A stretch of 64,000 nucleotides of DNA from the NCBI GenBank assembly GCA_965153455.1, contig OZ234493.1, positions 34,462,213 to 34,526,212 of the forward strand, in the 5' to 3' direction. The notes under the pieces were generated by a model, which did not search any database, was not told the DNA's origin, and saw only the letters and a program-made list of their open reading frames with translations. The DNA is from Sphagnum compactum (taxonomy: Eukaryota). Shown here piece by piece: positions 13,526-24,956 of this stretch (positions within the stretch are counted from its first letter, which is position 1; the number at the start of each line of letters is the position of its first letter). Both the position numbers and the translations under genes were made by a program.

Positions 13526-15884
13526 AGAACAAGCTCAATTTTGAACCAAAGAAATGTTGGAACTAGTACATTCTAATATCAAAGGTCCTCTAAACTCCAC
13601 ATTTACTGGTTTCCAATATTTCATCAATTTTATTGATGAATTTAGTAGATACACAATGGCATATCTCCTTAAGCACAAATCACAAAATTTTAATAAATTC
13701 AAAACATCTAAGGCCCAAGTTGAAAATGTTCAAAAGTAGTAAGAATTTTGTGAAATGACAATGGGCAAGAATATCTTTCAAATGAATGTACAAATTTTTG
13801 TGTGGATAATGGCATTCAACATCAATTCACACCCCCTACACTTTTAAACAAAATGGGGTGTTGAATTAAAGAATCAAACTTTGTTTGAAATAGTTCTTAA
13901 CATGTTCCACCATTCAAATTTGTTGAAAGCATATTGGGGTGAAGTTGTACCCCATCAACCATTTCCAAACCCCTCCAGTGTTGACCTTTCAATTAGCACC
14001 AACATTCTTCAAGCAATCACCTAATCCCCATCCCCAACCCATACAATCATAGGTATACGTTTAGATGTCTCCAATCATTAATCCTCTCATAAATCCCCTT
14101 CTACCATTTGTCCAAGTATTCCCCACCAAAATAAATGAATAGGTAAACAAAGTGGTCATTCAAAGTAATGTCCTATGAATGATTTTGAGGTGAAACATTC
14201 CTTCTATGTACCCCAACCATGGTTGTACCCTACAAGGAGAGCCAAACCCCTTGGAAGACATTAGGCCTTAGTGCCAACATTATAAAGTATTTTACTCTTT
14301 ATCTAGGTGATCCCACCATTTATAACCAAGCTTTATATAGTCCCACCTCCACAAAATGGAAGCTTGTTATTGAAAAGGAATTTAAATTTTTAATGAAGAA
14401 TAATACTTGGACATTTATGCCTTTACTATCCAACTATAATTTAGTTGGTTGTAAATGGGTTTTCAAAACAAAATATGGCAATAATAATGCAATCCTTAAG
14501 CAAAAAGTTCGCCTAGTAATTAAAGGTTTTTCTAAACAAGAAGGGGTTGATTATGATAACAGATATTCCCCTATTTTCAAAACAGTTTCAATGTAAGTCC
14601 TCTTTGTCTATACAACACATTTAAACCTTCATATTCATCAAATGGATGTCCAAACTAATTTCTTAAATGGAATTGAAAGAAATTTCTTATGGAGGTACCT
14701 CAAGGGTTACAAGTGGTTGAGAATTCCAATTTTGTGTCAAACTCAGTAAACCTTTATATATATGAAAACAATCATCTCGTACTTGGTACCAACATTTGGA
14801 TTCATTTCTTTCATCCATTGGATTTATTCCAAGTGTTGCTGATATTAATGTCTACATACATAAATAAGGTGACAACTTCATCATTATTGCACTTTATGTC
14901 GATGACATACTTTTGATCACTAACGATGGCATCCATTTGCTCTAGAAAATCAAACATGCTTTGAGTTCAAATTTTGACATGATTGATATGGGGCCTATCA
15001 CCTACAATACAATTTTGGGCCTCAAAGTGATTTATAATCATGTTCAAGATTTTATTCAAATCTTTCAACAAAGATATGTCCAATCCATCCTCCTCAAACT
15101 TAAAATGGAGTCTTGTCACCTAGTCTCCACTCCTTTGGAACCCAATACTAAATTAAGCAAAGCAAATTGTCCAACAACTCCACAAGAAGAAGAAAAAATG
15201 CAACATGTTCCTTACAAAGCCATTGTTGGGTCCCTCATTTACCTTTCCATATACACTCAGCCTAACATATCTTATTGCACAAGTACAATTGCTTAATACA
15301 TAGTTCATCCCAATGAAAAACATTTGATTTTTGTTAAACGGATTTTGCGGTACCTCAAAGGCATTCTCACACTTGGTTTAATTTATACTCTCTCCCAAGA
15401 TGATTTCATTCTACAAGGTTTTTTTTATGTAAATTGAATTCACTTATCTTGGATAGTTGGCGGTTCACATCTGGCTATTGTTTTATGTTGGGTCGTTGTG
15501 TTGTTAATTCGGTTAGCTACAAACAACATTTTGTTGCCCTATCTCCCATTAAAAGTGAATACATGGCACTTTTTTGTGCATCTACTAAAGCAATTTGGTT
15601 ACATTGATTATTCCTTATATTGCCCACAGACTACCGCTATCCTTATATTTTCTAATAGTCAAAGTGCTACTCAATTAACCGAAAATCCCAAGTTTCATGA
15701 ATGGAGTAAACACATCGACATTCAAGTCCATTTCATTTGTGAACAAATGCAAGCCAACATAGTTAAGATGATATTTTGTCCAACCTTTGACATGACTACA
15801 AACATCCTCACCAAGAGTTTGTCTAAAGATAAACATTTACATTGTGTATGCTTAAGGGTTTAAGAACTATCTAATAAGGGGGGG

Positions 15885-16073
15885 TGTTAAGATTTTATAT
15901 CAAATAGTTTATATATTTATCGAGTACATTCAAACAATTATGGAATGTTGTGGCTTTACCCTTCTCATGTCTCTTGGCTCCTTCTTTAGGATCATTGTGC
16001 TCTGATTATTACAAATTCAACAATGTAAGAGTTTGGTTCTCCTCTTTCACTCAAAGTTGTCTTCTAGATCTCA
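15885..16073 (+). repeat. 3' LTR of copia element A (appears slightly shortened at its 3' end)
   Basis: Starts TGTTAA directly after the PPT and aligns with 9146-9335 with many transitions. Confidence 0.85.
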
Positions 16074-17333
16074 GGTTTTTATGAAACAACTGGTGGTTTT
16101 ATAACTGGTTCTTTGATTTTTAAAACCATGCTTACAAATCCTAAGAACTACTGTGGGTATGCTTATGTTACAAATCACCCAAAATGTGTACATTGCAATA
16201 TTAGGTACGATCTCTCCAAGTTGTTTTCACTCAATGACTATACCAAAGCTATCAAAATTCAGGTCAAAAAAAATTGTCCATCTATTGTACACCTCTACTG
16301 CCAGTGATCAAGGTGCTAGTAAAGATGAGCATTACATGGAAAAGAGGAACAGTAGACTTCCAAATCTCCAGTCAATTCTTTTCAGCTGTTTTCTGGAAGG
16401 AGCATAAATAAAAAAGCTTGACAAGTCCTTGATTCTCCAGCCCATTTGCAAAACTTTTGCCTCGTATTCAAGGATCATCAACCCAAGATTGAACCAAATT
16501 TCTAAGTGAAAACATCATAATGCACCAGCAATTATATCTTCACCAGCATAATTGCAGATTCATCCCCAGAGGATATAAAACCAGTAAAATTGACACCTTG
16601 ACACACCCGCACTCATGGCAATGCAGGTTGTGTTGGTTAGGTGTATTTTGCTGCACCTTTTCTGCTAACAATCTGATCTGCTACAGCGGAACAATCTGAT
16701 TGGCACCCTTTAGCAGGTCTTTTAGGGTTTAGGTCAATCCTAAACCCTAATTCTTAAAGCCTTTGGCAGCTGGCTTTACCCTACACATAGAAAACAAATG
16801 AAGAGGAATTCAGTGTATTATGGTGAAGTTTTTTGCATCCTTGGTTATGCTCGGCCAATTTCCATCAGCACCCAATTTTCAATTCCACATGAATTCCCAA
16901 CAACTTAATGCATGAAATTAGATGTTTGCAAACTTTCAAATGTATTCACTGTTTTGCCTATGGAGCATGTGTAGCATCAGAAATTCAAGGTGGCGTTTGG
17001 AGCAGTGGTTGTTTTTTTCAATTTTCTAGTGTTGCATCTTAGGCTTAGCACCCCAAGAAGGATTTAGCATTAAATGGCAACAGGACATGTAGAGCAGTAA
17101 AAAACACAATTTGTAATCCTATTGTTGTTTGGCAACTTGCAAGAGGAAGTGCTCTTAAATTTGGCCAACCAACAGTAGTCCAAAACCTTTACTCTTTTGG
17201 TAAAATTTTGCTCACAAATGGCCCAACACAGGAGAGTGCAGGAGACAACTACTCCAATCCAAACCACACATGTATACATACGGTGGTGGGTTAACAGCCA
17301 GAGGTGCTTTCCTTCAGCAAACACCTCAATCTG

Positions 17334-17702
17334 GGCCACAGTGAACCAGCACCCACAAGTGCATCATCCAATGGATGCCCATTATTACTCAGTTGTAGAT
17401 GAACCTTCTCAACTGAGTTAATATTTTCGTTTCACCACGGTAACCAATTTTGTAAAGAAATATGTCTCATACATAGGTTGGTAGGTAGGAAAAAATAGGT
17501 ACATACACATTTAAGGGCTGTTTTTACTACCTTTCTAATAACAACATGCTTGTGGATTGTTAGTAGGTAGATGATAAAAAAAAAAGCAACTGAGCTAACC
17601 ACCATGGTTAGCTAATGAACTGGAACACAATGGAAAACTGTTTTCAGACCATTTATCATCCATCTTTCATAGTGCACTGGTGGGTGTTGGTTCACTGTGG
17701 CC
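17334..17702. mobile_element. MITE with ~30-bp TIRs
   Basis: GGCCACAGTGAACCAGCACCCACAAGTGCA is inverted at TGCACTGGTGGGTGTTGGTTCACTGTGGCC. Confidence 0.65.
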
Positions 17703-18247
17703 AGGCTCAATCTGTTCTTCTTCCAGCTGCCCATAGATATATATGCCTCTGTTGTAGCTGAAGAACAAAGGACATGATGTACTACAAACTTATAACACCA
17801 ATGATTCATTTTTAGCTCACCCTGTCCTTATTTCAGTTCCTTTCCCCATTTTCTGACAATTGTTATTTTACTATTACCCATTTCCATCAATTCTACTCTC
17901 TTTTCAAGTGTTTCTCACCATTTTTTCATCATGTGCAAACTTACTTTATTCTCAACATTGCTGAACATTCGGATACATTCTTTGGGCAATCTGGATTTAG
18001 ATTTTGGAATTTTAATGACATCCAGATTTTTTGTTTGCTGAAATATCTTGACCTGATTACAGTGATGATATTGTTTTTGAATCAGATCAAAATGGTTTGG
18101 ACACAATCTAATGCAAGGTGCAATACCTCAAAAGGAGAAGGAAAATCAAAAAACACAAAATTGTAATCAAAACCCACAAATAGAATTACCAAACCCAAAC
18201 TTAGAGTGACTGAATTATTTCCACGCATCCCAAGGTGCTGTGTAAAC

Positions 18248-18590
18248 CAGAGTTGGACGGTTATCTGAATTTTTTAAATAACCTTCAGTTCCAAATTGTC
18301 GGGAATTGAAGAACTTCCAGGTCCAGTTTTTTCAAAAAAATCAGAATCAAAGAACCTCAGGTTCTGGTTTTTTGACAATATTAATAGTCAAAAGAACCCC
18401 CCAGTTCCAGTTTTTCTTTAAACCTTAAAGAACCAACTTCTTTCATGAAATACCCGGATAAGAACCGGAAATTTTACAGAGTGTCATTTATTCTTAGATT
18501 TTTTTTTTCAGAACTGCGGTTATATGTCAAAGTCAGTTCTCAGATTTTCGAGAACCATGGTTATATATCTGTGGGAACCATCCAACACTG
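18248..18590. mobile_element. hAT-type MITE (CAGTGTTGG family)
   Basis: TIRs CAGAGTTGGACGGTT / AACCATCCAACACTG; 8-bp flanks GTGTAAAC / GTGGAAAT; internal AAGAACC repeats. Confidence 0.75.
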
Positions 18591-19452
18591 GTGGAAATAT
18601 CTAATGTAATTTTTCTTTTAACGCTACCCTAAAGACATGCAAGAGTGATGTCAAGCACCATGGACAAGAGTAAAAACAAAGTTTAAAACTCCACAACATC
18701 ACTGTAACAAAGCCTTCCAATGCACAACATAATCCAAATTTAGGAAGTAATTTGATTCCTAATAATATGTCCATTATTTCACATTATGCAAATGACAATT
18801 GAAATCTCAACTCATGCCCTTAATTGAAATCCTCAAGAACAAGTTCTCATTATTATGTACCACTCATGTTACACATAAGGATTATCCTCAGGTATCTCTG
18901 TCTTTGTGTTTTTCACCAAAATTTAAGTTATGTATATAATTTTATGCCTTTGGATTTGTTTGAATTACCTTTCTGACGAAGAAGCAATGGTGTTATCTAA
19001 AATGGCACTTGTTTTGGAGGGAAATCAATTGGTTCAGACTGGATGTATGAGAAAACACACGATTGTTTTTATTGTTAAACAACACATGCATTCAATCCTT
19101 AAATAAAAAATGCATGTTTTCAAACATTGTTATTCAACAATATTGTTTCTACAAATACCTAGATCATGACAAAGGTTCCAGTTCTAATTCTTCACAAAAA
19201 TTCAAAGCTGAGTCCTGCTCACATTTGGGTGTCTCCAGATTGTTTGTGACAATCCCAAATCTGGTTCTGCTATAGAAATTCAAAATGGGTTTCCATTTGG
19301 AACTGGGTTCTTTTATTGTTGGTTTCAGATTGATGGGGTAGTTGCAATTTCTGTTCATTGCACTAGAACTATTTGACCAGGTTTGGTCCAATTAATTCTA
19401 GTTCTTGTGCACCTCTGCTCAAGAAACCAATTCATCTCACAAACACATTGCA

Positions 19453-19676
19453 ATGGAATGTTACACGATATCCACCATCCCACATTACCCAGCTGCCAGG
19501 TACCAAGTTATGGAATGTTACATGATATCCACCATCTCACATTACCCAGCTGCCAGGTACCAAGTTATGGAATGTTACATGATATCCACCATCCCACAAT
19601 ACCCAGCTGCTGTGTACCAAGTTCTGGAATGTGACATGATATCCACCATCCCACATTACCCAGCTGCCGGGTACCC
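19453..19676. repeat. Minisatellite, 4 x 57 bp
   Basis: Unit ATGGAATGTTACATGATATCCACCATCCCACATTACCCAGCTGCCAGGTACCAAGTT starts at 19453, 19510, 19567 and 19624. Confidence 0.95.
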
Positions 19677-20858
19677 AGCTCCCATCACTAGGTGAAGCAA
19701 CCAAAATCAATAAAGCATCTCAAATGCAGGCTTTCAGTACATTGAGAAAGACTCAGATAACTCAGTTGTCAGCTTTACAAAAGGGTGTTAGAGGAAAGGT
19801 CCAATGATGACAGGAGAGTAGTAATAACATAGATCAGGAAGCACGACTACTAAGGAGCCACAGTTGGAAACAGCAGCATCATGCTATATCTAGCTATACA
19901 TCATGATGAGGCATGTAAAATCTAGAATCACAAAAAGGGCTTCCATGCTAGCTAGAAGTTGAGCATTTTGGGAGTTGGAAAATTATCTGATACTAAGCAT
20001 TTTGTGTTGCTTGTGTGGGCCAAAGCTTAACTACTGATGCCAGGACTACAGTGTGTAGGCTGGCACGAGTGAATGAGTGAGAGTGGAGAACAATTTACAG
20101 TCACCCTGATGAACCCAAAAGCTACAAACATGGGACTTCTAAAATACTCACTCCTTCACTCACCCCACACATTCATTCAGGGCTGAGTAAGAAAAATGCA
20201 CAACCAGTTTTCAAAATCCGAAGCAATTTTGACACAATTCTTTGAACCAAAAAAATTCCAGTTTTGTCTGCAGAAACAATCTAACATAAGGACCCCAACT
20301 CCTGAACAAATCCTTTTTTGGTGAGAAAACTATTCCCTGCACAAAGGGGATAGGATTGACTTGTGAAACATCTTACCCAAAAATCCTTCTTCTTCTACTG
20401 CCTGATGTACTTATCGCAAAGCTGTATTCACCCACCCCCCCAAAAAAAATCCACATATTTGTGAATATCCAGAAACAAACATTAGTTAGTGTCACAATAA
20501 TTCAACCTGGATAATTAATAGAATCTGTTCCATGCTTCCTAATACCTAGCTTTCTCCTGGGGAGACAGTTTTGACTCACTACTTCACAAGGCATCACTGC
20601 ACTTGTGATCAATATCACCAAAGCCCATTGGCTGTGGCAAATAGCATGAAGAAAATGTGGGTAGTAATCTCCAACCCCCACCAGCTCCTCATGAGACACA
20701 GCATCCCTGAATGAACTAGCCAAGTAACTCCCCAGTTTTTTACATTTTCTGGATCTTGGGCCCAGGACTTCACCTTTTATAGAAGAGTTCAAAACATGCA
20801 CAGATAGACAACAGCTTACAAAAATTATTATTGCAATTGTAAAAAGTCAGTGGCTGAC

Positions 20859-21149
20859 CTCCCAACAGTGCGCTGCCAGAAACATACAAAGTTGAGGGGT
20901 CGATCAGGGCTGAGGACGATGGCATGCCACCTCGGCTCCCACCAAGCTGCAATTCCCCTAGTGATGGCACAGCAGCTTGGCCATTGTCAACACCTTGATC
21001 ATATAACACGCCTTTGAAAATATGGCCCCCAATTTTGACAGTTGCCTGATATGCAAACTCATTCTCACCATCTTCCACGCCCATTAATCTCACACACTTG
21101 AACAGCGCCTGTGCTCTCACTTCCGGAGGAAGCCCACCTTTTGATGATG
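20859..21149 (-). CDS. SHI: SHI/STY/LRP1 (SRS) transcription factor, IGGH-domain exon
   Basis: Encodes LPPEVRAQALFKCVRLMGVEDGENEFAYQATVKIGGHIFKGVLYDQG. Acceptor acaccag|CA at 21150/21149 is phase 1, matching the upstream donor. Probable donor GGAG|gtcagc at 20859/20858. The final exon and stop are unresolved; the unspliced frame stops at 20770. Confidence 0.92.
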
Positions 21150-21577
21150 CTGGTGTGTAGATGACCAAAAATGATGGATACTGTTAGCTCACCAATGAAC
21201 CCTAAACCCCTAAACCCCTAATTGACAGATGTACCATTCAACAATTTACTTTCATTTCTTGCACAACTCTCATCATCTGAAAGGATCCAATCACACAAAT
21301 TGTGGACACATAACACTGCCCTAAATAACAACATAGTGCATGACACCATGTCATGTTTTCATGCAGCCAAGTCCAAAAAGTGTGGCTGAATAAAAGAACA
21401 CCCACAAGTGACTGGAAGATCAAAGAAATATGACCCATGACAAAGGAACCACCACCACAAAAGAAAAGAGTTTTGAAACCACAGAAATGAAGATCCAGTT
21501 TCACAGCAAGTATTTATGCACACACAGGTAGAAGTGGTGAGTCATGCATCAGAGATTTGATATAAAGCATTATCTAC

Positions 21578-22055
21578 CTGGTTGCGACGGATGAGTTGCA
21601 GTGAGATGAGCAGAGTTTAGATCAGAACCCCTCGGAGATGTTGCAGAGGTTGTGGTGAGAGAATTTGCAACATTGGCTACTAGTGTTCGAGCGCGCTTCG
21701 ACTTGGAGCGAAGAAGCCCTGAGGAGGTAGCTGCAGCTGATTCGGCTGCTTGTCGTTCCCGACGCTTGGCAGCAGGAACCCAAGTACTTTTCAAATGGGT
21801 GCTACATTCAAAGCCTCGACTCTTACAACACGTTCGACATCGCTGGTATGAGCAATCTTTCTTTGCTTGGTTTCCACATTCTTGACATGCAGTCGATCCT
21901 GTTCCTGTCACTACAGTACCTGCTCCTCCTGCTACTACTAATTGCTGCTGCTGCTGCTGCCCCCCAATTTCCTTTGCCTTCCCACCTCCTGCTCCCCACA
22001 GCTCTTCAGCATGTGGTTCTTGATATAACCCCCGTCCCCCCACAGAAATACACAA
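21578..22055 (-). CDS. SHI: SHI/STY/LRP1 (SRS) transcription factor, RING-like zinc-finger exon
   Basis: Encodes [46 protein letters not shown], a poly-Q run and a basic KSKRAR motif. Donor CAG|gtagat at 21578/21577. The 5' boundary is uncertain: the frame opens after TGA (22056-22058) and contains no ATG. Confidence 0.92.
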
Positions 22056-22608
22056 TCAGACCTGAATCCCCTTTGTGGATATAGAATCCGCATAAGACCA
22101 CACGAAAAAAATTCAGACCTAAAAAACTGCCTGCAAAGAAACAGGAGAAGCACACATAGAAGTCGGGATCATGGACGTCCACAACAAGATGGGAGGAGCA
22201 TTTGCAATTCACATATCAGCAAAATTCAGCAAGGGCTGGAAACAAAAGGAGTACCCACCTCCTCTGCATTCAAGGAAGAATCAGATACAGTCAAGCAAAG
22301 CTCTAAGACTGTATCTCACATGCCCACACACACATACATACAAGAAAGGGGAAAAGCATGTCTGGGTACTTTGCTGGAACCTTCACAAGGTTGCAAGGCA
22401 GAGAATTGCAGCAGGAGAAAATATGGAAGGTGGGGGCAAGGCAAAGAAGAGGATGCTGATGAAACCATCATCAGTAGTGCAGGAATTGGGGAAAAGGAAG
22501 CTTGGAGTACAACCTCCTGAAGAGCAAGAGAAATTGTGAGAGAAAAGCAAAAAGCAAATGGGAGAAAGGGAGGTGCAATCATTGGGCAAGAGAGTATGGA
22601 GTTCATAC

Positions 22609-23308
22609 CATGGAGATGCAGATGGTTGTCAGGTTCAGATGGACCCACATGCGCAGAGGCAGTGGCAGGGTTATGCTGCTGCAGGCTCTGCACATTCATG
22701 CCCTGTGTTGCACCTTCTTCCACCTCCCGCACAGCTAAAGCCCAACTCTGCTGCTGCTGCACTACTGATGATGATGGATGGTTGCCTCTAGTCCCCTTCC
22801 CAACACTACCACTATTGCTACTCCCTTCCTCCTCCTCCTCCTCCTGCTGCTGGTCAAAATTGGTACCCCTAAGACCTGCTGCTGCTGCTGCTCCGGGGTC
22901 CTCACTGCTCCTGTGAACCTCTCTCTTCAAGCTTGCTTCATAGCCAGCAGCTTGATGCAGTTGAGCTCCATGCAGTGATGATCTATGGTGAAAATCTACA
23001 TGAGGAGGAGCAGCATGCTGCTGACCTCCTCCTCCTCCTCCTCCATACTCTTCCTCGCGGCTCAAGATGTTGTGGTAAACTTCGCGGTGTGTGCCATAGA
23101 CTCCTACTGGGGTTGGTCGACCCCAGGAGGAGCCTTGGATGGCGCCAGGGTTGTTGTTGGTAAGAGCAATAGAGGGAGGGAGAGTGCGCGCGTACGCGTA
23201 GCCTAGCGACAGATCCCCGTCCTTCAACGCTGTTGGGTCGTCTCTGGGGTCGCCTCCTCCTCCCCCTTCCCCAGCCCGCGCCACAATGCCTCTCCTCGAT
23301 GTCTCCAC
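22609..23308 (-). CDS. Putative N-terminal low-complexity exon of the SHI gene, or a long upstream ORF
   Basis: GC-rich open frame with poly-G/Q/E/A runs typical of transcription-factor disordered regions. Donor CATG|gtatga at 22609/22608 is phase 1, compatible with AG sites at 22019 or 21989. Opens on GTG; first ATG at 22699. Confidence 0.5.
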
Positions 23309-23940
23309 CTTGAACTCTCCCTTTCTTCAATCCGCCCGCACAAATCTCCTCCTCCTCCTCGTTCTCGATCCAGGGGATTTCCTTCTGTCCCTCTCTCCAC
23401 TGTCTTCTTCTCTAGAAGGGGAGGAGATATTGTTCTCTAGCCTCCTCCCCCCCTTACTTTCTTTTCCCTGTTCGCTCTTCCTCCTGTCCCGTCGGTGGTG
23501 CGTGCACGCCAACGCTCTCTCCTCTTCCTCCTGCTGCTGTTCCTCCACGCAAAAGAACACGTTCTACACCTTCCAATCGCACAGGACCTGCACACAAGTC
23601 TCACATCTATGCGCGACTCCGGCGAATTGGAGTCTGTCACAGGAAACAGTCCGCGTGTTGTAATCCCTCCCTCCCCACTCGCCTTCTCACAGTCTCGGGA
23701 GCCTCTGCAAATCACAAGACTGACTCGAATGCAAGCAAACACACCTTCTCTTCAGAAACGCTTTTTTCCTCACAACTCGACAACACAAACAAAACTCTCA
23801 TACCGAGCCCAGAAACACCCACCTCTCACCCGCCCGCCCACTGAATTACGCACTACAGCGCAAAACCAAAGCCCCTCGTCGTCACTCACAAACCAAAATT
23901 CGCTTCCTGCTCACACAACACGGAGAAGAAGATGGACTGA

Positions 23941-23941
23941 C

Positions 23942-23990
<49 letters not shown>
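23941..23990. repeat. (CT)n(CA)n microsatellite in the presumed SHI 5' leader or promoter
   Basis: Direct reading; GA-repeat on the gene's sense strand. Confidence 0.9.
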
Positions 23991-24079
23991 GCTGCTTCCA
24001 GCAACTTCCCCCAAAGCTCCCAGCTCGTCTACAGCTCACAGCAGCAAGTTGTAAGAACTCCGTCGCCTTCTGCGCTGTT

Positions 24080-24300
24080 CGGAGACAAGGGAGTGCGTTC
24101 TCAAGGGCTGCGAGAGGTGAGCGAGTGTGGTGGTAGGGCAAGGCGCGCTCAACAGACAGAAGAGGAAGTGTGCGAGCGAGCGACGGGCAGCACAAGACGC
24201 CGCAGACGAAGAAGGCTGGGTGCCGCCGGGCGAGCGCAGGAAGGAAGGAAGGAAGGCGACCGCGAACCGCACAGTCAGCCAGCACCAAACCGCGCGGTGA
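24080..24300 (-). promoter_or_regulatory. GC-rich putative SHI promoter/TSS region with a GCC-box core and a TGTCTC motif
   Basis: GCCGCC at 24222-24227 (GGCGGC on the sense strand); GAGACA at 24082-24087. Sharp transition to AT-rich DNA after ~24300. Confidence 0.4.
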
Positions 24301-24956
24301 CCAAATTTCGTTTTAACTTTCTACCTATCTCGATACGCTTTACCAATTACCACTCCTCCTTTTTAATCTTTAAAATTTACTCACCTTTTTCTTTCAATTG
24401 GGTTACTTAGGCATGTTTGTTGTTATGGTCAATTTTGTGGTGACCAATTTTAAATTTAATTTTGCGAAACTCTCCCCCCCAAAAAAATAAAATTCTAGTT
24501 CAATATACCCTATTAAAAAAAATTCCCAAAGTTTTTAAGGAAAAAAAATACAATTTATCATTCCTTTCTTTTTCCCTAACAAAACAATTGGTGAATGTTT
24601 TTTTCAAAGGATGTGCTAAGTATGGGTGGTGGTGAGGCTACATTCAAAGATTATGTGTGTATGTATGTGTGTTTTGGGGGGTGGGTAGTGGTGGTGGGTC
24701 TCGCTATCTCTCTCTCTCTCTCTCTCTCTTTATCTTGTCATGCTCTTCATGGACCTATAGAGGATAGGAAAATCCCTAGCTTGTGTTGTGGACCACCCAT
24801 CAGGTGGGTTGCAGATGGGTGAGGGGAACAATAATAAATAAATAAATAAAAGTGGTGGAGAGAGAGATTGATTAAGAAGAGGGCATCATTTGCACTCCAA
24901 ACATCATGTGAGCTTCACACACACCCCCCATTATTACAAATTGCAATTAAGTCTAA

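Larger units (their letters stand above)
9146..16073 (+). mobile_element. Degenerate Ty1/copia LTR retrotransposon (element A) with nested insertions
   Basis: 5' LTR 9146-9352 (TGTTA...CAACA) and 3' LTR from 15885 align. PBS TGGTACCAAAGT at 9353; PPT AAGGGGGGG at 15876-15884. Domains in copia order: gag (RFDGTYFHVWKYNM; knuckle CFYYGKINHILKDC), protease WIIDSNATWHM, integrase LELVHSNIKGP..FIDEFSRY, RT GCKWVFKTK..KVRLVIKGFSKQEGVDY..ALYVDD, RNase H SKHIDIQVHFI. Many stops and frameshifts. Confidence 0.93.

Noticed and set aside
19453-19676. CRISPR-like regular repeat
   Set aside because: Units are contiguous with no unique spacers, there are no cas genes, and the context is eukaryotic.
16290-20460. 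Additional 3' exons of the SHI gene
   Set aside because: Several minus-strand AG/GT candidates (e.g. near 20422, 20402, 20268), none distinguishable without transcript data.
21197-21221. Telomere-like AACCCT(A) repeats in the SHI intron (also ~16722-16750)
   Set aside because: Only 2-3 imperfect units; such telo-box-like motifs are common.
23495-24136. 213-aa + strand ORF and other overlapping ORFs at 22.2-24.4 kb
   Set aside because: Antisense to the GC-rich, microsatellite-containing SHI 5' region; low complexity and no domain.
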